The notes under the pieces are model-generated. The model did not search any database. It was given only the letters and a program-made list of their open reading frames with translations, and was not told the DNA's origin. Below, piece by piece: positions 25,676-35,700 of a DNA stretch of 64,000 bases (its first letter is position 1; each line of letters begins with the position of its first letter). Location of the stretch: the IMG/VR virus record IMGVR_UViG_3300043777_000086, positions 1 to 64,000 of that record; one strand, 5' to 3'. The DNA comes from a virus. Made by a program: the position numbers and the translations under genes.

Positions 25676-27073
25676 GTGAGCCAACCCCGCAAAACCCACC
25701 AGCAATCCGCCGGCGACCTCGCCCTAGAAAAAGGTATGCCCGCTTCCCCGGAGATCGAGAAGATCATCCTTGGGGCGATCCTCATCAAGCCCGACTGCTT
25801 CGATGCGGTCAGGGGCCTGCTTGAGCCAGACGACTTCAGCACGGAGCGCAATCGCCGCTGCTACCGCCGAATGATCGACCTCAAGGAGCGCGGCGACCCG
25901 ATTGACAGGGTTATGCTCATGGATGAGCTTCAGCGGCATGGGGAGTTGGAGTCGGTGGAACTCTCCTACCTCATGGAACTCGACACCGACGTTCCTGAGG
26001 TCGTTGAGACCTCGCTCGCGACGTACTGCCGGTCGGTTAAGGACCGCTCCGGGTTACGGCAGATCATCTTCGCCGCCCGCGACCTGGCGAAGCAGGCGCT
26101 CGATGCGGTGGATAACCCGCAGATTTTGGTCGAGCAGGCCACGAGTGCCCTCCAGGACATCGCGTCACGCGTGCAGGTGCAGCAGGATGACGGCGGGCAG
26201 ACGGTCATGCAGGCTATAGAATCCTTCCCCGGAGGGCTAACAGCGTTCCTGGAACCATCAAGCAGAAAGTTGGGTCTGCCGACCGGGTACGATCGCCTGG
26301 ATGATATGCTCGGCGGGCTACATGACGGGGAGTTGATCGTGATCGCCGGGAGGCCGTCCACCGGTAAGAGTTGCTTTATGAGCAACATCGTAGAGCACTT
26401 GACGATCAGGAAGCGAAAGTACCCGGCGATATTCTCGCTTGAGATGTCCGCCGAGTCAATCCTCACGAGGATGATGTGCTCCGCCGGCCACGTGGACCAC
26501 CAGAAGTTTCGCGCCGGATACCTCAACAAGGACGAGCGCTATAAGCTACAGGTGGCCGTCGACCAGCTATCCGATGTCCGACTTCGGATTTATGACAAGG
26601 CCGGGATTCGGGCTCCGGAGTTGATCTCAACGATACGCCGCCTTGCGCGGGACGAGGGCTGTCACGCTGTATTTATTGACTACCTGGGCCTGATCGGATC
26701 CCACGAAAAGACCGAGAACAAGAATCAAGAGGTCAGTCGGTTGACGCGCGACCTGAAGCTCCTGGCTATGGAGTGTGAGATTCCGATCGTACTGTTGTGC
26801 CAGCTATCCCGAGCGCCTGAGCGCCGAGGGGGGTCTTTTCGCCCAATTCTGTCCGACCTGAGGGATTCGGGATCGATCGAGCAAGACGCCGACACCGTGC
26901 TGTTTATCTTCAGATCCGAACTCTACAACCGGGATCGCGAGGACTACAAAGGCAAGGCGGAGATCATCATTAGCAAACAGAGGAATGGACCTGTGGGTTC
27001 CGTTCCGCTTAGGTTTCTATCGCACCTGATGCGGTTTGAGAACGCAAGTGCGGATGACGAGCCCGCCTCATGA
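25676..27073 (+). CDS. dnaB: replicative DNA helicase
   Basis: AGRPSTGKS, FSLEM, IDYL, QLSR, LSDLRDSGSIEQDAD, KQRNGP. Confidence 0.97.
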   Translation: MSQPRKTHQQSAGDLALEKGMPASPEIEKIILGAILIKPDCFDAVRGLLEPDDFSTERNRRCYRRMIDLKERGDPIDRVMLMDELQRHGELESVELSYLMELDTDVPEVVETSLATYCRSVKDRSGLRQIIFAARDLAKQALDAVDNPQILVEQATSALQDIASRVQVQQDDGGQTVMQAIESFPGGLTAFLEPSSRKLGLPTGYDRLDDMLGGLHDGELIVIAGRPSTGKSCFMSNIVEHLTIRKRKYPAIFSLEMSAESILTRMMCSAGHVDHQKFRAGYLNKDERYKLQVAVDQLSDVRLRIYDKAGIRAPELISTIRRLARDEGCHAVFIDYLGLIGSHEKTENKNQEVSRLTRDLKLLAMECEIPIVLLCQLSRAPERRGGSFRPILSDLRDSGSIEQDADTVLFIFRSELYNRDREDYKGKAEIIISKQRNGPVGSVPLRFLSHLMRFENASADDEPAS

Positions 27074-27077
27074 ATAA

Positions 27078-27407
27078 ATGTGGACAAGATGCGCGTATTG
27101 CGATATTCTGGTTCGGTCTGAAGGCACAATAAATCCGAACTCGGACATGCAATCCACCACCCTAAAGGAAACGATGCTTCAGATGCTAGAGGAGGCCCGC
27201 ATCGAAGTCGAACGCGGCCGGCTGGAGTCTCTGGCAATCTTCTCTCGCCGAACTAATGGATCCCATGTCCAATGGTTTACCTGCGAGCCTGACGCGGATA
27301 TCTGTTCGCTGTACGGGTTCGCGCTCGTGGCGCTCCAGCGCTCAGTCGAAGTCAAGAGCGAAACCGAGATCCGTCCGACCGGATCGAATAAAGGAGATGT
27401 TCAATGA
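27078..27407 (+). CDS. hypothetical protein (true start may be 27174)
   Basis: AAGGA before ATG 27174. Confidence 0.6.
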   Translation: MWTRCAYCDILVRSEGTINPNSDMQSTTLKETMLQMLEEARIEVERGRLESLAIFSRRTNGSHVQWFTCEPDADICSLYGFALVALQRSVEVKSETEIRPTGSNKGDVQ

Positions 27408-27673
27408 TAGATCAGTTCGAGGTGTGGTGTATCGCCGCTACTAATTCCTGCGTGACCTTCGTGGGCAAGATCGACGGGATCACCGCGGAAACACCCGAGG
27501 CCGCCGGCATAGAGGGAATCACAAGCGCTCTAAAGTTCGGGTTGAACATGACTCCGTCATTGGGGATGCCGGCCGTAAAGGTTCCTGTGCTTAGTTGCAT
27601 CCCCTTCAGAATCGAAAAAGTAACCCAGGTCGTGCTCGCGCAGGCCATGCCGCAGAAGAAAGGACAATCTTGA
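27404..27673 (+). CDS. hypothetical protein
   Basis: AAGGAG RBS, ATGA coupling. Confidence 0.65.
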   Translation: MIDQFEVWCIAATNSCVTFVGKIDGITAETPEAAGIEGITSALKFGLNMTPSLGMPAVKVPVLSCIPFRIEKVTQVVLAQAMPQKKGQS

Positions 27674-27674
27674 A

Positions 27675-28391
27675 ATGTTGACCCCAACCGCATCAGAAAC
27701 CGACGTGATAAAGGATTTGTTGCGTGCAGGAAAAAATATCACATTAGCCGTACCGGACGATCTCGACGCCCGCGACGTCAGCCGGTACATCAAGAGCACG
27801 TGCTCCTTGCTTGTTAAGTCCGAGATTGGGCGCGACAAGCTCACGGCCGTTCTTGGGAGACTACTAGTCCTGGCCCGCAAAAACAAGGAAGTGTGGGGCA
27901 AGGCCGGGTACGACTCCTTCAGTGAATTCCTCCAGAAGGAGGTGGTGGAAAAGTTCGGGATCTCCCGCAGCACGATGTATGAAGCCAAAAAGATTCTCAC
28001 GGCCTTCCCGGATCTCACGATGGAACAGTACGGAGCCGCCGGAAGCCAGAAGCTCCTACTGCTTTCCAAGTTCACCTCGCAGTCCGACTCCGGCTCCACC
28101 AAGCTAATCAAGGCTGCTTCAGAGAAAAGCTACGATCAACTCAAGGAGTACTGCGAGGAGAAGGGGTATCTGGGAGCCGATGACGCCACCGGAGCTTCCT
28201 TTGTAATTAAAGGCTCTCTATCCAAGATCAAGGAACTCCGCAAGTTTCTGGCGCGTGAGGATATCCGCGCTGTGGCTGAGAGTGACGACCCCCTAACGAT
28301 CATCCTGGCTATGACCCAGGAGGTCGACTCCGAGTGGACCGAACAGGGGGCCGAGGCCCTCAAGGGCAAGAAGAACGCCGCGGCCGACTAG
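27675..28391 (+). CDS. putative HTH DNA-binding protein (DUF3102-like)
   Basis: LGRLL..GYDSFSEFL..FGISRSTMYE pattern. Confidence 0.6.
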   Translation: MLTPTASETDVIKDLLRAGKNITLAVPDDLDARDVSRYIKSTCSLLVKSEIGRDKLTAVLGRLLVLARKNKEVWGKAGYDSFSEFLQKEVVEKFGISRSTMYEAKKILTAFPDLTMEQYGAAGSQKLLLLSKFTSQSDSGSTKLIKAASEKSYDQLKEYCEEKGYLGADDATGASFVIKGSLSKIKELRKFLAREDIRAVAESDDPLTIILAMTQEVDSEWTEQGAEALKGKKNAAAD

Positions 28392-28789
28392 TGAATCCAG
28401 AGAGCGCCATCCGTAAGGTCGAGAAGATCACCGGATGCAAGATCACCACAATCCAGGACTATGCGGATGGAAAGTGGTTCCCGGTGGCTTTCGCGGCGCA
28501 CGATCCGGAACTGGATAGCAACTTTCTGTCCGCTGTGCGCCGACAAACCAAGGAGCAGATCCTTGCGGCTATTAAGCGTCTGCATGCGATGGTATACCGA
28601 GCCAGGCGCGAGGAGCTGTACGCTAGACAAAGAGGTAGATGCTCCCGTTGCGACCTAAAAACGCAGCACCTAACATGCCACCATAAAAAACACCGGGCGG
28701 TAAATGGACGAGACGATCGCTTGAGTAATATGGAGCTGCTCTGCACTGGGCCGGGCACGAATGGCTGTCACGACGCGGAGCACTCATGA
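28391..28789 (+). CDS. HNH endonuclease
   Basis: CSRC..HHKKHR..DDRLSNMELLC..CHDAEH. Confidence 0.8.
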   Translation: MNPESAIRKVEKITGCKITTIQDYADGKWFPVAFAAHDPELDSNFLSAVRRQTKEQILAAIKRLHAMVYRARREELYARQRGRCSRCDLKTQHLTCHHKKHRAVNGRDDRLSNMELLCTGPGTNGCHDAEHS

Positions 28790-29169
28790 CCTACGAACTA
28801 ATTTTGCACGGGCAATTAGTCTCTAAGAAGAACCTGTACATGCCCCGAATTGTTGGCAAGGGTTCCGCGCAGAAGGTGATCTTTATAAAAAATTCAGAGC
28901 TTCAGTCCAAGCTAGACTCTCTAGCCTGCCAGATCCCGGCCGACATGAGAAATCTTAAACTCGAAAGTCCCGATATCCACGTGGAAATGACCGTAGCACA
29001 CCAACAGGGAGATCAGGACGGGGCTTACACTACTCTGCTTGATATTCTCGTGGAATATGGCGTGCTCTACAACGACAACATTAAGCGGTGTAACGGCAGA
29101 AAGATACTGGAGCCCTGCACGATAAGCGACCACTGGAAGACTGTGGTTACCCTGACCACCAGATCCTAG
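28786..29169 (+). CDS. RusA-like Holliday junction resolvase
   Basis: SKKN, DQDG..LLDILVEYGVLYNDN. Confidence 0.75.
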   Translation: MTYELILHGQLVSKKNLYMPRIVGKGSAQKVIFIKNSELQSKLDSLACQIPADMRNLKLESPDIHVEMTVAHQQGDQDGAYTTLLDILVEYGVLYNDNIKRCNGRKILEPCTISDHWKTVVTLTTRS

Positions 29170-29172
29170 CCC

Positions 29173-31140
29173 TCACTGCACCTTGGCATTCCCGCTCACT
29201 GTAGCCTTTCCGGAGATCACCGATCCCCCGCCAGCCGGGGCTGCTCCGGAGAACTCAAACACCCCGATGCTCGGTGGATTGGGTCGCGTTAACCCGTCAG
29301 CGTCATACGTGGGGGCACCAGTGTGCGATCCGGCTCCATTCGCCGGGCTCGAGGAGGAGGATAGGTGAAAGTCTGGGGTGCTAGTAGAAACGATAGAAGG
29401 ATTCGAGTTTACCGTAGAAGTGATGGACGCGAACGACGGAGGAGCACCCACTCCGAACATCAGGTTTTTAGTTCCACTCACAGTCGTGCAGGTGGTTGTG
29501 CAATCCGACCCAGGCCCGGCCGCCAAGATGGTCACATACGATTCAGTGTTGGCAGGTTGATAGATGATGTTGTTCGTAAGTGTCAGCGTGCCGAAGCCAT
29601 TCTCTGGATAGAAGATGAAGCAGGAGTCCGCGCTCGCGTGTGCCGTTCCGCAGTTATACATCGTGTTGTTAAACACGTTGGTATTCCCATTTGCTAGCAC
29701 CTGCCACGCCTGAAGATACATGCCATTGGTAGCCCCGCCATCGGGTGGTTGGGGGCCTTGGCCGACATTATAGAGAATGTTGTTGTAAATGCTGATCCCA
29801 GTACCCTGCGACGAATCCATGTTGATGTAGACGATGCCATCACACGCGGTGTCGTGGATCACGTTGTCGTGGATCGCCACGCTATAGGACGTGTCCGGGT
29901 CGGTTGAACTGTTCTGTTGAAACCCGCGACATGCGGGCACATTGGCGATTGTGTTCCAACCAAACTCGATAACCGATGAGCCGTCTCCGAGGTAGAAGCC
30001 CTGCTGAAGCGCAGTAACCGTGCCGCTGGCGACGTTGGTCGATATATTGTGGATGTTGTTTCCGTGCCACGTCGCATTGTTCGAGAAGAACGTGGACGCC
30101 CCGCCCTGCTCCCCATTCGCATAGCTAGCGGTCGCTTCATTTCCAACTACCGTCATGCGCCTGGTTGAATAGAGGCTGACCGATTCATTTGGCCCTCCGA
30201 GAACCTTAAACGCGCCGATGACCCAGTCGGTAACCACATTTAGAACGGTCCAGACCGAGAATGTTCCACTGCCTCCAACCGTATCAACATTGACCACCAG
30301 CGTCGTCCCCGAGTCGCTGGTTACAAACCCCTCCATGAAGTCCGCGATGTTGGAGTTGTTGTAGATGAATACCCGATTCCCCGCGTTTATCCCGTCAGCG
30401 CTGTGCGTGGTGAAGGTCTTTGATCCGGTGCCGATTGTGACTGAGCTGCTCGGTATAGCGTCCCCTCCCGTTCCGATGACCTGGATACCTCCAGAGCAAG
30501 AGGGACTCGCCACGTCCTGACCGACCGTGACCGTATCCCCTGGATAGACCAACAGCGCCTTAGGTGTGCCGCTAGCTCCACTCAGGTTTTGATTGATCTG
30601 AAGGTAGGGATTTTCTCCGCCGATTGCGTTCGGGTCGCATGTGGTCAATGTCAGTGTCTCCACATAAACCGTATCGCCTGCCACAATCGTATTGGTTGCA
30701 TGCGAGATCGTCAGCCAGCATCCGCCCGCGAAGGTTCCGGGATTGGAGTCGCTGCCGCTGGTCGAGACGCAGTAGATGTTTCCAGATCGCACCGTCCACG
30801 GCACGGTGTTACTCGTGCCCGCTGCGGTCGTAAGCGTGATATTCCCCGTCGAGCATCCTGATCCGGTTTGGATTACGACCTTGTCGTACTCGGTCCCTGA
30901 AACCCCGCCCCATACGCCAGCCTGCCAGCTCTTGTATTGCGCGGGCGCTCCCCCTCCGCATGAAACCGTTGAAGAGCCTCGCGTACTTCCGAAGTTCTTC
31001 CCGTAGATGGTAACGTACACGCCTGAGCCTGATTCGCCCCCCGCATTCGGTCCACTGGAGATGTCCGTGAAGAAAATATTAGGAGGGCTCGCCCCAAGCG
31101 CTAGTTGGATGGAAAGGATAAAAACTAGAGCGCGCTTCAT
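29173..31140 (-). CDS. secreted-type IPT/TIG plus right-handed beta-helix (pectate-lyase-like) protein
   Basis: Signal peptide; VTIYGKNFG TIG domain; N-rich helix rungs (GNNIHN, NNILYN); DFHL..YDADGLTRP..GVFEF end. Confidence 0.85.
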   Translation of the reverse strand: MKRALVFILSIQLALGASPPNIFFTDISSGPNAGGESGSGVYVTIYGKNFGSTRGSSTVSCGGGAPAQYKSWQAGVWGGVSGTEYDKVVIQTGSGCSTGNITLTTAAGTSNTVPWTVRSGNIYCVSTSGSDSNPGTFAGGCWLTISHATNTIVAGDTVYVETLTLTTCDPNAIGGENPYLQINQNLSGASGTPKALLVYPGDTVTVGQDVASPSCSGGIQVIGTGGDAIPSSSVTIGTGSKTFTTHSADGINAGNRVFIYNNSNIADFMEGFVTSDSGTTLVVNVDTVGGSGTFSVWTVLNVVTDWVIGAFKVLGGPNESVSLYSTRRMTVVGNEATASYANGEQGGASTFFSNNATWHGNNIHNISTNVASGTVTALQQGFYLGDGSSVIEFGWNTIANVPACRGFQQNSSTDPDTSYSVAIHDNVIHDTACDGIVYINMDSSQGTGISIYNNILYNVGQGPQPPDGGATNGMYLQAWQVLANGNTNVFNNTMYNCGTAHASADSCFIFYPENGFGTLTLTNNIIYQPANTESYVTILAAGPGSDCTTTCTTVSGTKNLMFGVGAPPSFASITSTVNSNPSIVSTSTPDFHLSSSSSPANGAGSHTGAPTYDADGLTRPNPPSIGVFEFSGAAPAGGGSVISGKATVSGNAKVQ

Positions 31141-31952
31141 TTCACCACCGCCTTGCCTGAGATTGTAGCTGAACCGCTTATAGTCGACCCTCCTCCTGTT
31201 GTTGGGAGTGTGATATCGAAAGAGGTGAAGATGCAGCCCACGTCGCTCGAAGTACTCGCTACATTACTATAGGTCCCATTCCCAATATAGGAGCTGATCG
31301 ACGTTATCTGCTGCCACTCGTCGAACATATTCGCGTCGTCCAGGGATGTTACACCGGCGGTCCATCCGGAACCGGCCGCGTAGCTCACGGGCTCCTCGGC
31401 GGTCGTATCCGCACATGTGACCCAACCAAATTCATTCGCCTGGTGATTTATCCCGCTGCCAGCATTCCACGCGCAGTTGGTACACGTACCTCCAGTGAAT
31501 CCATTGTCATTGGACTTCAGGATGTCCGTACTCCCCCAGGTAGCTCCCTTGAATGCCGCGCACAGAACCACGATGGCCGTGCCAGTTGAGGTCGATATCG
31601 TCACCCCGCTGATCGATGAGGAATTGATTTTGTAGACCTGCTGGTGATACCAATGAACCGCGAGCGAGGTCCCGAAGGTCCATGTCTGCGACGCGGAGTC
31701 CGTGATCGTAAACGAACTTGCGTTTGAAAGCTCTACCGCACAGGCCACGAAATCCCCTGCTGTGGTGTTGACTGCCGTGCCAGTGGAGCTTCCTGCTGAA
31801 TTAGTGTGTAGTCCGAAATTACAGCCTAATGATGTGGCTGAGTCGGTCGCCGAGTCATTGACACAATCTACGATCGTGCCGCTAACTACATCCCGCGAAA
31901 CCGCCCCAAAGGCGACTACAGAAAATAGGATGGCTGCAACCAAGCATCTCAT
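31137..31952 (-). CDS. signal-peptide Ser/Thr-rich beta protein (virion decoration or fibre-like)
   Basis: MRCLVAAILFSVVAFG-A; TAGDFVAC..ITDSASQTW pattern. Confidence 0.75.
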   Translation of the reverse strand: MRCLVAAILFSVVAFGAVSRDVVSGTIVDCVNDSATDSATSLGCNFGLHTNSAGSSTGTAVNTTAGDFVACAVELSNASSFTITDSASQTWTFGTSLAVHWYHQQVYKINSSSISGVTISTSTGTAIVVLCAAFKGATWGSTDILKSNDNGFTGGTCTNCAWNAGSGINHQANEFGWVTCADTTAEEPVSYAAGSGWTAGVTSLDDANMFDEWQQITSISSYIGNGTYSNVASTSSDVGCIFTSFDITLPTTGGGSTISGSATISGKAVVK

Positions 31953-32728
31953 CGGATCGAGGGAGGCATCACGGGGTTATTCGTACCGGATGCTTTGAAT
32001 GCCGCCACCCCGCAACGATAATTGTCTGAGGAGTTGATACTAAACTGCATCGAGGCGGTGTAGTTGGTCGCCACGGATACGATTTGATCCTGACTTGCAG
32101 CAGGCTGAAAGCTTGAATCGTTGGTTTGCTGATTCTGAATGGTGAACCCGGTTGCCGCCGTAAAGGTTGCTGTTCCGCTACCTCCGTTTGAAACCGAGCA
32201 TGCTCCTATAATCACGTCATTGGCGTTGGTTGTGGTGATGGATCCGGGACTCATTGGAGTTCCGCCGGTACACGGAGCACAAGTGCCTCCCGCCCCGGCT
32301 GAGGTATCCACGGGAGAGGAGCTTACCACGCCGGAGTACTCCATCACTAGCGCCGTCAGGAATGCTGTGGTTCCGGCCTTGCAGGTCACTGTGAATGTTC
32401 CGGTTGACCCGCTCACTATACTCCACCAGAGCCCTATGCTTACATCTGTGGAGCCGGCCTGGTTGCCGGTAGCGGCAGCTACGTTGTTGTACGTATTACC
32501 GGACTGATTGTCGGTTGGGGTCGTCCAGGTCTGCGTCGTGGCAGCCGAGCACCAGATTACGATTAGATTCCCAACTGTTGGGGTTGACGTGAATGAACAT
32601 GCCTCGGAAGTAACGGCACTACTAGAGGAGCACACGCCTTGGGTTGTGGACCCGGATGTAGCTGGCTGAATGCGCGTAATTGTCGCCCAGGCGGGCAGGG
32701 AACATAAGACCAATAGAAGAGCCTTCAT
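31949..32728 (-). CDS. signal-peptide Ser/Thr-rich beta protein, same general family as its neighbour
   Basis: MKALLLVLCSLPAWA-T; GNLIVI..TDNQSGNTY..MEYSGV..ITTTNANDVII. Confidence 0.75.
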   Translation of the reverse strand: MKALLLVLCSLPAWATITRIQPATSGSTTQGVCSSSSAVTSEACSFTSTPTVGNLIVIWCSAATTQTWTTPTDNQSGNTYNNVAAATGNQAGSTDVSIGLWWSIVSGSTGTFTVTCKAGTTAFLTALVMEYSGVVSSSPVDTSAGAGGTCAPCTGGTPMSPGSITTTNANDVIIGACSVSNGGSGTATFTAATGFTIQNQQTNDSSFQPAASQDQIVSVATNYTASMQFSINSSDNYRCGVAAFKASGTNNPVMPPSIR

Positions 32729-32729
32729 A

Positions 32730-35700
32730 TTAGTTCGCCTGGACCGCCAGGAGCCTGGGGATCGTTACCGTAACTAACTGAAGATTAGCCACCGCGGTAG
32801 CCGACGAAGTCGAGGCAATCTTGATATTCATCACATTACCTCCGGAGCAATTAGTCATGCTGGTCGAGTTCAACTGAAGCGTTTGGGTGTATGGCGTGTT
32901 GGCTGTGGTGCCCGTCGTCGTGGTGGTGAATGTCTGTGCTGTCTGAAAGCTAGGGTCGTCTGTGGTGGTAGAGCATCCGATCGCCACCGAGAATGCGATC
33001 ACCTGGGATCCAGTTGCTGCGTTCTGCGTGTAGTTGATGCGGACGTAGGGGTCGGTGGCGGTATCCCAATCCGAGGGAACCTCGAGCTGGGATTGGGCGC
33101 TCTGGACGCTTGCGGCGAACTGAAGATAGCCGGTCTGTAGATTGGTGCCGGTGCGGCAAAACGGGGTCGGTGCCGCGCTGGTTGGTAGCGACATTCCAGC
33201 TCCCGCCGTGGTGTTATTGCAGTTGGCCGGGACGATCTGCTTGACGTCAGGGAAGTCTATGAAGGTTGGGGATCCAGCCCCCCCGGATAGCGCTACCTGC
33301 TTGGCTGTGCCCGCAGCGCTTGAGCTTATGGCGGACGTGCTTGATCCGTATACGATCCCTCCGCTGGTTACCGAGGCCGGAATCGTTAACCCATTAATGC
33401 TCGTCTGATTCGCAAGGGCGGCCGGTAGATCAGCAGTCCCGATCGACTCATAACCCGGTGCCGCGGTCGACCCGGTGTTATTCATCCAGGCTTTATGGGC
33501 ACCGGCCGTGGCGAGCGTGGCGGTGATCGCCCCGGTCGAAGAAGAGTTCGAAATAAACGTTCCGTCCCCGCTGAATGAAGTTACCGGGGCTCCACCGATC
33601 GTCCCGGTGGCGATCTGCCCGGTGATCGAGGGCGATCCCGTTGCTGTGCTCCACGTAGCCTGGAAGTCAATCGTATGGCTCGTAGTGGTGTTAATGCTGA
33701 ATGTGGCGGTGTTAGCTAAGGACCCATCCGCTGGCGTCAGGGATGTTACTGAAGACGGATTGATCTGGAATGCACAAACAGCAATCGCCGTTCCTCCGGA
33801 TCCCGTGGTACGCGTGGTGATCTGACAGCCAGGCGTATTCCAGGATCCGTTCGTGACGGCTGTGGAAGGTAGAGTCAGCGCGCCGGTAGTGGCGATCGAA
33901 GATCCGTCGATTAATAACGTGATCGTCAGCGTTCCGATGTAAGCGCTCGGGATCGATACAACCCCTCCGAAGTTCAGGCTAAGCGGAGTATTCGTGATCA
34001 GCGTATTAGCGGGGATAGTCTGGGCTCCTCCGCCGATTAGGGAGGTGGCGGAAGTTCCTGTGTCCGTAGCTGAGGAGGTCGCATTGAATACGCTCGCTCC
34101 GGCAGATCCACCTCCGCCACCCCCGCTCGATGCGATCGTGAGTCCATTGGAGGCCGGGGTGAATGTCACGTTCGTGCCAGCTACGGGGGGAGCATTTCCG
34201 AAATAATTGGTGCCGTCCGACCAGAACGCGATCGGCTGATAGGAGATCAAGACAGGGACGCTCGATGCCCCATTGAAGTTCTTGGAATTTAGGGAAACCG
34301 TAGCTACTGAACTGCCGATGGACTCGATCGCCCCGTAGTATCCGTTGGTCGGGGATCCGTACAGGGTAACAGAGCAGGGAGAAGCGCAGTTCATTACCAC
34401 TGTCTTTCCAAGGTCCCCGGCAACTAGAGTGTAGTTTCCGGTCTGGGTATTTTCAGCCCCGCTCACCGTGCAGGTTGATCCGAGGGTGCAGGTCTGTCCG
34501 TTTACCGTGGAGGAGCTATTTGCCAGGGCTGCGTTCGGTACCGCCTCGTATGTGACGGTATTCGAGGCGGTGACCACAGGGACCGTATTTGTGGATGGCG
34601 TCGCCCCGTAGCTTACCCCGTTGACTTTAGCCACAGTGGCCGCCAGGGATCCGGCCGAGCTTATCACATCTCCGGTCAACTGAAGAGTGAACCAGGCGAA
34701 TTGACTAACGTTCGAGGTCGGCGCCGGGAACAACATGATCTGATTGGCGGCTGGAACAGCATTAGGAGTCTCAAGTAAGACCGAAGTGGTTATCGTTGTG
34801 GGGCAGGTCCACCCAAACGAGTTGCTACCTGCGGTTGCCGCAGTGCCCTGCGCGCACTGCCATGCTCCGGCTACGCCGCTGCCGGATCCTGTCGTAACTG
34901 AGGAGGTGGTGGAGATTGGCTCCGTGGTCGAGACCGTGGTTCCGTTGTCGGTTATGGAGGTGTTCTCGCAAGCCGAAGAGCCATTAGATGCCTGAACAAC
35001 CCCCGCTGATCCCGAGGGGATACACCCAGATCCAGACCCGGTGTACTGCGGGATATTCAAAGTCCCGGAGGTGAACGTGGCTGCACCTGAAGTACCCGTG
35101 GTGGTGAGGGTGAATGGTGCCGTGAAAGCCCCGTTGCCGTTCAGGAACGTGGTCGTGGTTCCTGGGAGGATCGGAAGGAATCCGTGGGCGCTAGTGGAGG
35201 CGTTGTTCGTGGTGATATTGGTCAGTGCCAATGCCGCTTCCGCTAAAGTTCCCCCTCCGGCCGAGTTCTGATGGTTATGGTTGGCATTTACGAACGAGGC
35301 GATCGTAGGCGTGGTCAGGGTTTTATTGGTAAGGGTATCGGTTGTGCCGCGACCGACAAAAGTGTCCGTCGCATCCTGAATAGTCCAGACCCGATTCGCC
35401 GTAGGAGTGCCAGTCAGCTCAATCGAATCGGTACCAAAGGTCGACGACCCATAGAGATAGATATTTCTCCACGCAGTCGCCGCGGCGCCGAGGTCGAGGG
35501 TGGTCTGCGGTATCAGTGATAGGTTAATGGAAACAGAAGCCAAGTTCGATAGGGCTGTATTAGCACCACCCCCACCACTGCCGCAATCCGATCCGGTACC
35601 GGTGATCAAACCTGCGGAATTGGCGTGTAGACATTGGATTCCGGAAGCAACATCACTGAGCGTCAACCCCGAAGCCGTGGGGTTGGTCAACGTCTTGTTG

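Noticed and set aside
16807-27073. Inteins in the helicase or DnaB
   Set aside because: Motif spacing and lengths are normal, with no intein splice-junction blocks.
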